From Podarcis cretensis (lineage: Eukaryota), in NCBI GenBank assembly GCA_951804945.1, contig OX638154.1:53692001-53756000 (forward strand): 64,000 nucleotides of DNA. The letters run 5' to 3'. Position 1 is the first letter of the stretch. Each line of letters opens with the position of its first letter. The notes beneath the pieces are model-generated. The model worked only from the letters and a program-made list of their open reading frames with translations, was not told the origin of the DNA and did not search any database. Positions 55,861-64,000 of this stretch are shown here, in pieces. The position numbers and the translations under genes are program-made.

Positions 55861-58599
55861 AGTAGGGAAAGGAGAAGTGGAGAGAGGGGAAGTATCAAAA
55901 CCTCTTATCTTTCAAAGTACAGTGTTCTTTCTAAAATACAGAGGTTGCAGCAAAAGAGTGAACTAACATATTTCTTTCACAATAGTCATTCCTTCCCCCT
56001 TAACAGTTGTCCATAAGTCAGTAAAGGCTACCAAATACCATGCAAATCAACTGGTGAGGCAATACTGGCTTCTCTTTCAGTACTTGCTTTGAATGCAACA
56101 TAGCCATTCTCATCTCTTTCCTTAAACATTAACAAAATTCTAGAAACTTAAATGGAAACCTATCCTCTTTGGGAATTATATTCCAGTTCTGTTGTTTCTT
56201 CTAATACTAAATGTTTTTGCACTGCTACTCTTGTGTACAGAAATATTGACAATTTATTACTAGGGCAAAGTTTCTGGAGCAATGAAGTCTTCCAGAGTGG
56301 TGAGGCTTACACTCTTCTCTTAATTTACAGAGGCAGAAAAACTAGCAAGCACCAGAATGCCTAAGTGACAAACGAGTTTCTGTATAAGCTTCACTATGTA
56401 CAAAGCACTTGAGTTTAACTCAGGTATCTAAAACAAAACTGTGCAATAAACCAGTTAGCTCAGAAGTTCCACTACACTTAATGCAGCTTGAAGTTAGTGT
56501 GAATAGGAATGCAGACTATTAACTGGGTGGACATATTTGAAGAGCATTTAGCATAACAATGTTAATATTTTGCAGGATTTAAGAAAATTTCTAATCTTAT
56601 TTCCACTTCTCATTACAGTAGGGTATATGACAACAGAAGCAGAAATTTGACAACACAACTCAAAATCTAATTAAAAAATCCCCACCCACAGTCGTATCTG
56701 TCTACTACTATTAGCAGAAGTGTTAATGCAGCATTCAGTATTTGGACTGTAAGGTTAAATTTCACTTATGGTTGTTGTACAGAAAGGGAGAATTGCAAAT
56801 GGTAAATCAACTAAAAAGTATTAGCTGACATACAAATAATCCCAAACCCACTAATCTCTTTGAGATACATCTAAAAAAGAACAACATGTGACTCATGCAA
56901 AAGTGTGTACAAGTTTATATAAATGAAGTACCTATCAAAATGATTGCAAAATTCTATTATCCTTTCATAATATACTTAGTTCTCATCCTTACCCTGACAA
57001 TGATCACCCAAGACAGGGGTGCAGAGATTGGGGATTTAATGGAAGATCTATGTGATTTTCAGGAGGTTGGCAATGATTTCTGACTATCAATTGCTTAATA
57101 ATAGCAAGACACACAAATCAGATTGCTGAAATGAAGAAAATAGGGTGGCATAGAGCAACAAGGAGTGGATATGTGTGTGGAAGAACTGTCAGCTCAGTTC
57201 AGGTCTGGTACTAAAAACAAATTCTTGGGCTCAGATTCTTTAATTTTAAGTATGCCTTTTGCACCCAACTCTGGTTGATGGATCTTGGGGTTCCAAAAAA
57301 ACAAAACAAAAGTAGAACTTATAAGTCTGGTCTCTTCTCCCACCCCTAAGAAAACACTGGTCACTGGAACTCTTTTTTTCTATTGCATCTAAAAGTCAAA
57401 CAAGTTACTAAAGTATTATTAATAGATCTCTAGATGCAAATTCTTACTGTTAAGGTTATCGGGATGAAGTACTAGTTTAGTACATTCTCTTTAAAAGTTA
57501 AGAATTGTTCAGTTTCCTCCAGGCTATCTTCTACATAGAAGGCATATAGACAAATTGTCCTATTTCCCAAGGAATGTTGGTGCAGAACAGTCAAAGCAAC
57601 TATCCTTTTAAGACACACAACAACTTCCACATTTGCACTAGATTCTATTTAACATTTATATTTTAACTCAGCTACCCAAATTTTAAAGGAAAATGTTTTT
57701 ACACCCCCACACACCCAAATAATTTCAAGCAGTATCTAGAGTTATATAGCCAACAGGAAAGACACATGAAGTGCACATTCCATTCAAGCATTAAAAAAAT
57801 CTACCAGTAACTGCCAGAATCTGACACTACTCCTTACCTTGAGTCATATGCAGCAAAGAAGTATTACACAAGTATAATACTGTATGCCTTCCTTCTGCCT
57901 TAATATTCAAAATACTCTATTTGTACCTCCCTACAAACACACCCACAAGTCAACTCCCTCCTTCTCAGCCTGCTCAGCAAGAACAGTGCTAGATTTTACA
58001 AGGCAGTCTGCATTGAAGGCAAGATATAATTATCCAGTCCTGACACTTGTATATTTGTTCCTGAACACAGAGTCGCTGTTGTTGTTTGGGGCGGGTGTGT
58101 GTGAAAAAGAAAACGAAAACAGTTCCATAGGGAAACTATGCCAAGTCAAGCATTCTTACTTAAATATTCCTAGTTTTGACCCACCACACGTTACTGTCTC
58201 GAGTTGTCCAACAAGCTGTCTACAAGTTGTCCAACAAGCCAGCATTTGCCCCCTTTCCTCTAAAGAATAACTCCTCGCACTTTATAAAATCCTGTGCCCT
58301 ACTCGACAGCCCCCCCCCGCCTACCCCACTTCAGACCCGCCCCCTACCTTAGCCTAGTCTCACAACTGCTCTGATCAGCTTCTCCCTCCCTTCCTATACC
58401 CACGCTGGAACCCCAAATCCATTTCACCCCCATGCCAACAAATAACAAAACAAAATAACCCTCTCCCACCTGCCCTGAAAATCACATGCCACCGACTGCC
58501 TGCCCTGGCCACTCCGCACCTCCTGCTCAACTTTGCACTCCAGAGGCCTACCGTAGCCTCCTCCTTCCGCTATTCACTCTTTACTCCAGCTGATCCTTC

Positions 58600-59720
58600 C
58601 TCGCACACCTCCAGTCTCCACCCCTGCCCCCCAATTGCCCGCGCAGACACCTCCAAGCAGGTCCCCCCATTACCCTCTTATTAGCTATCGCCGCCTCCCT
58701 GCCCCCCAACCCTTGCCAAACACCTCTCCGCGATGCCCCTCGTCCCGAGCGCTTCCGCAAACCAACAACTGCCCCGAGCAACTCTCCCGGCCGCCAAGCG
58801 ACCCCGCAGGGCCTCCACCGCCCCCTCGGCTCTTTCCTGCAACAGAACCTCCACTTGTTTATGCTCCCGCCCCCTCGCCTGTTCTGGGCTTCCCCCTGCC
58901 CGCTCCCTACCTTACTCTCTCCCCAAAGGCCGCTGGCTGCCGCTCAGCGCCGCCTCAAGTCCAGCTCCTCTTCCCTTCTCTCCACACAAGGCCGTGCTTA
59001 CGGGACCAGGCCCCACTCGCCCCCTCCCGCCTCACTCTCTGTGTCGCTTGAGTTCCCCACACCGAACCATAACAAAGCTCTGCCCAAAATGGCTGCCCGG
59101 CCCAGCCCGGCCGGGGGCCGGAGGGGGCGGGGCTACTCACGCGTGCGAAGAGGGGGGGGAAAGAGGGGGAAACACACCCACCTGGGCCCAGCCCGTGCCA
59201 AAAGACCGGGGCGCACGCGCACTCGCTTTCCGCCGCTCGTGCTCTGGCTCGTCCGAGCCAGGCGAAGTAGTCTTTCGCGTGCCGCCCACCAAAGAGGCTG
59301 CTCAGGGCTCTCGCGCGCCTTCCATTTCTGCTCTGCGCATGCGTGAGCGTGTATCCTCCTGGTTGTGTTATCGGAGGCTGCAGGCAAACCAGCCTTTCAC
59401 AGCTACTTCCGTGATGCTGTGCGCTTTCCCCGCACGCTAACGTCCTGCTGCCCGAATACATTATGGACTTCACTTCTTCCTCCTTCGCCCTTATCTCCAG
59501 CCATGGCTCTGAAGTCTCTTCATTCTTAAAGCGCCAGGCACTCATTAATTCTCCCAAATAATTTAAGCCGGTGGAACAAGCAGGCATTCCGCCACCGAGA
59601 AGCGCGCAGGCCTGCCTAATATTGCTGATAGGAATGAAAAGAAAAAGCTTTCCGAAACATTTGTATGTCTGTAGTTTTCTATTTATCAGCGACCGCGAGC
59701 CCAGTGGTGCAAACAGCCCC
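58600..59720 (-). promoter_or_regulatory. GPBP1L1: GPBP1L1 CpG-island promoter and non-coding first exon (~59141-59330)
   Basis: High GC/CpG; donor CGC|GTGAGT at 59141/59140; NRF1-type TGCGCATGCGT (59334-59344); YY1-type CAAAATGGC (59085-59093). Confidence 0.75.
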
Positions 59721-61234
59721 ACCACAGCCTACTTAAATTTTAATAATGATTCTCAGGAATTCAATAGCAACTTTATCTAACCAGACTTTTTCGTTCGTGT
59801 GCATAAACCAGGCCTAAATAAATGTAGCCAAAGCAATTTATGCATTCTTCTACAGCAAAATCTAGGTAATTGGGCCAAGCAAACTAATTTGCAGTGACAG
59901 ACTCCAGAAAGGCTGCAGTCTTCTGATTCCACCATGCTCTCACTGATTAAAGTGGGTCAACTCTATAGAGTAAATAATTAGGTATTGTCAGGTAAACCTT
60001 ACATGACAATAGCTAACTGTCAGGAAGGAAAAGAGACAAACCAGTCGTGCCCTCCAAAACAGATTTAGGATTAGAATAAATAGCATTACAGCAAATAATT
60101 TTGAACGAGGAAAAAAAAGACATAAACTTTGCCTAATCTTTGTTTGCAAATGCAGAAAACTGAAATTGCAAAAACAGCAGCAGCTGCCAGATCCGGTGCT
60201 TTATACTCCTTTATGTTGACACAATGCTGACTACATGCAGTTGGCTTTCTTTTGCCATAGAGACAGGCGAAAGATGCTAGCTCTTTGGTTACTTATGTAC
60301 ATTTCTCCCTGTTATTCTGATTCCTGGTGTGTTGTGCAGAGCTAATTAATTTCAGTGGTGTACAATCCATAAAGCTATGAAACATGGGGTGGGAAAATTA
60401 GGTTACTGAAAGTAAAGGAGAAATTAATGGGGAAAAGAACTAATATATTATGGCTGCCTGATTAATACAAATATTATTATACATACAGTCACAAACCATA
60501 AAGATCAAATGAAGCTAGAAAGAGTGTAATGTGAGATATGCTGTGAAATGTGAATTTATGTGTAGAAGTTACTATAATGTTGCCCCCCCCCCAAAAAAAA
60601 ATTGTTCAGCGCTTTCTACAGTACTTTCAGCACTCAAAAGTACGGTATATTTCATGGACAGAAATAGTTGTATAATGTAACTGATCCCTTCAAATGCTGA
60701 ATCTCCCTTTCTTTCTTTCACACTTCCTTATTCATTGCAAGGCAGGATGAGACAGCAGCAACAAGACTCAGCATGAAGAGCAAACCAGAGAATTAGCATA
60801 GCAGAAATGATACATAACTTAATTAATATCATTTTGATATCTACTGTATCTTATTTATGGTATATACAGTGTATATGAATGGATACATAACAACTTGTGT
60901 GTAAAAACATCAAGTAGGTACCTAAGAAGAGCCATTCAGGTTGAGACTCAAGGCCTATCTAATCCAGCAGTATTTTCCCACACTGGCTAACCAGATGTCA
61001 GTGTGAAACTGATCTGTGGTACAAATTTTAGCTGATCTTCTATTATTGTGGCTTTGAGTGTGTTCTGTAAAGATTTGACCTCCTTGACCAAGGTTGGGGA
61101 ACCACAAGCCCAATCGCAGGCTATGGGACCTCACTGTCAGGCCACCTCATTACCACTGACTGCCTTAATAGCCTATTTGCAGGGGGTGGGGGATAAGTGT
61201 GTACGCTGTGCACATGTGTGCTATGTACTGTGGG

Positions 61235-61410
61235 CAGTGCTTTTTTCTGGGGGGGGGGACGAAGGGGTACACATACCCCTAAACATTTTGTGAATCTTTG
61301 TACTTTTGTCCATTTACTGTATTTATTTTTTCCGATTTGAACTATAGAATGGTAATTTTATTGAGTCCAAATGAGAGCACCCCTAAACATTTTTTTTTAA
61401 AGCGCTTGCT
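61235..61410. mobile_element. Decayed hAT-type MITE
   Basis: Left end CAGTGCTTTTTT resembles the 14310 element; internal CCCCTAAACATTTT repeated; right end degenerate. Confidence 0.45.
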
Positions 61411-61807
61411 GTAGGTAATGAAAAATTAAATCAGAGGGACTCAGGCATACAGCCTACCATCACCAGCCTCAACTCACAAGGGTACTGTGGTCACCATTTA
61501 TAGTCAGTTTAATAACACCAGCTATGCCTGAGCATCACTTGGGGTTAACTTCTGGAATACCTTCCTTCCCATTGGCTTAATGACCACCTGCTCTGACTTA
61601 TAGGAGACAGTAGTTAAAGAGTATTTAGAATTTTTAGCTCTTCGGTGTAACTGGAGCATGCATAGACTCATGTCTGTGTAAGCAGATCAGATTAGTATTT
61701 ATCTTTGAGTAACAGGCTGCAGTTCTTACAGCTGTGAAGAGACTGTGCGATTGCCACCTACTGAGTGGAGGATTCCCTGGGAATATTTTTCAGACCTACC
61801 TTTTATA

Positions 61808-61983
61808 AAGGTAAAGGTAAAGGGACCCGTGACCGACTTTGTGTTTGCGTGCTCATCTTGCTCCATAGGCCGAGGGAGCCGGCGTTTGTCCGCAGACAGC
61901 TTCCGGGTCATGTGGCCAGCATGACTAAGCCGCTTCTGGTGAACCAGAGCAGCGCACGGAAACGCCGTTTACCTTCCCGCCGG
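61808..61983 (-). mobile_element. Sauria SINE 3' fragment
   Basis: (AAAGGT)n tail and body CCGAGGGAGCCGGCGTTTGTCCGCAGACAGCTTCCGGGTCATGTGGCC. Confidence 0.88.
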
Positions 61984-62313
61984 AATTAAGAAGGGAAGGC
62001 TGGATCTTCATCTTGTCAGGTTTTGAGGTGCTCCAAGACATAACAAGTTTGGCCTTGAGATAAGGAGTTGGAATGTTCAGTTTACTGGCTCATGGCCAGG
62101 AATGTGCAGGTGTCTGGTATAGTTTGTGTAGATGGAACTTGCCCTTGTAGGGATTATTTATGTTTTTTTGAAAGCTAGAGGGAGTAGTTATGGTTATACT
62201 TTGTTCAGCTCACAGTGGGAACTCTGGTGAAAGGATGGTTATTTTGAGGACTGTAGAGATGTAGTTGGATGTGGATTATTTTTCTTATGGAGAAGTTGAG
62301 TTGGGATCTAGCT

Positions 62314-62630
62314 CATGGGTAGGCAAACTAACGCCCAAATCCGGCCCAATCGTCTTCTAAATCCGGCCTGTGGATGGTCCGGTAATCAGCGTGTTTTTAC
62401 ATGAGTAGAATGTGTCCTTTTATTTAAAATGCATCTCTGAGTTATTTGTGGGGCCTGCCTGGTGTTTTTACATGAGTAGAATGTGTGCTTTTATTTAAAA
62501 TGCCTCTCTGGGTTATTTGTGGGGCATAGGAATTCATTCATATATTTTTTTTCCAAAATATAGTCCGGCCCCCCACAAGGTCTGAGGGACAGTGGACCGG
62601 CCTCCTGCTAGAAAAGTTTGCTGACCCCTG
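62314..62630. mobile_element. Non-autonomous hAT element (family of 43622-43876) with an internal duplicated block
   Basis: Same termini; TSD ATCTAGCT; ~64-bp block repeated at 62391-62454 and 62462-62525. Confidence 0.88.
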
Positions 62631-62689
62631 ATCTAGCTAGTACTGTACAAGGATTTATGGGAAAGTGTAGGAAAGTGCAATAATGTTGT

Positions 62690-63450
62690 TGCCTATAGAT
62701 GGCGGCAATAGGGCCTTTCATTTTGGCCTTGCAGCGCCATTAAACGCGGGGAGGAGGATCCGCTCGTGCGTTGTTACTTTTAGTACGCAAGGGCGGGAGT
62801 CTCGCCTCTGTTCCAAGCCGAGAGACTAAGCGCGACGCACGCGCACCCGGCGGAATTAAAGCAGGGGACAGGAAACGCCCCTTCCCCAGGCGGAGTGTGG
62901 ATTGAGTTTAGGTTGATGTGAAGAGTGGCGGATTTTGGAGCAAAGCTAGGAAAACGCGAATTGCGCTGGGAAGGCAGAGTCAGTTTCCGCACCCGGGACA
63001 ATTTTACCAAGCACGTTTTTGTAACGAAACAAAACAAATCCAAAGGCTTTGGATTGTGGGAAAGCTTTCTGTAAGAATCTACAAAGGCTGCGAGTCGCGT
63101 TTATTGTGTCTGCCGCTTAGAGGTGAAAGTTAATGAGCAACTAGGTTGATACTACAGCCCAAAGTGCCCACCGGGAGCCCCTTGCAACGCCCTCGATTTC
63201 CCCCTGCTACTAAAGGGTGAGGCTCTATGGGTTTGTGACAGGCGCGGGACGTGGGAGAAACTCGCGGAAAAGCAAAGTATTGGCGGGACCGGATGCTTAG
63301 AGAAAGGAGGGAGAGTGAATTCCCGGAAGAGTGCGGTTCTGCATGCGAGGAAGTGCATAACGTGCATGTGTTACCTTTTGCTTTTGAGAAAGTTTGCACA
63401 AATTTATTAGGGATACACCTTGTCTGCAGCAGGCTATTGGACTAGGTAGG
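62690..63450. promoter_or_regulatory. Second CpG-island promoter, probably of a + strand gene divergent from GPBP1L1 (TMEM69 candidate by synteny only)
   Basis: CpG-rich, several ETS-type GGAA motifs (CCGGAAG, AGGAAGT), candidate donor TAG|GTAGG at ~63447. No coding exon visible in the window. Confidence 0.55.
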
Positions 63451-64000
63451 GCCCGTGATTTGTTCACAGGCTTAAAATTCTACAATGGCTTTTAAGAAAC
63501 TTGGCTTTGTTACACATGTTTAAAATCTGAGCCTTCTCTTTACAGGGTTGTATTAACTGATGAGAGGTTGCAATAACTTTGTATTGCCTCCGGCATTGCC
63601 TTTACCTTGGAGCAACTTGGGTGGGAGGGAAATAAATGGGCACATGCAGCTATATCGTATAGTATCTGTTTTGTTTTGAATGTTGTTGCTTGTCTGACTT
63701 ATATCCAGTGCAGCACTAAGCAAGCAGCACATCAGTGCAAGATTCCTGCTTAAACAATGGGATTCTCCCTGCATGCCCCTTGATTTGTTCTGGGGTTTCC
63801 CAAACCCTTCAGGGCAGATTTGGGCAAGGTTGAGGCAGATGCAGGGGAAGGAAAGGGGGAGAGATTTCCATTCACACTGATGGGATGTTCACTCAGCACT
63901 GCACTGGATACAAACCTGTGTTAGCTTCTGTGCTACTTTAATCTTGTTTTAATAGGTCTGTGGTGTTATCCACTGTTGCTGACATCATCCACCAACATAC

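Noticed and set aside
58581-59725. Long ORFs (138-256 aa) on both strands
   Set aside because: GC-rich CpG island depleted of stops; Pro/Arg/Ala-rich translations with no recognisable domain.

Overview
Vertebrate genomic DNA, almost certainly a squamate reptile and probably a lacertid lizard (inferred from full-length Sauria/Squam1-type SINEs, RTE/BovB, CR1 and hAT/Tc1-mariner MITEs). Gene order: (1) an uncharacterised single-pass LRR membrane protein on + (main exon 5880-7120, probable first exon 87-123) whose tail carries several SH2-type tyrosine motifs and resembles LRRC25; (2) BEST4 on + (9 coding exons, 15151-23502, 514 aa); (3) RPS8 on - (6 exons, 25892-30718, 208 aa, 5'TOP start) with one box C/D snoRNA in each of its five introns (SNORD55, SNORD46, a divergent second SNORD46-type guide, two SNORD38); (4) GPBP1L1 on - (10 coding exons, 34134-43211, 470 aa) with a ~16 kb multi-exon leader rich in uORFs and a CpG-island promoter near 59.3 kb; (5) a second CpG-island promoter at ~62.7-63.4 kb, possibly TMEM69 by synteny. 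The best leads are the orphan LRR receptor, the intron-3 snoRNA whose second rRNA-complementary element is partly masked by a hairpin, and the uORF architecture of the GPBP1L1 leader. Homology calls come from recalled sequences, not database searches.
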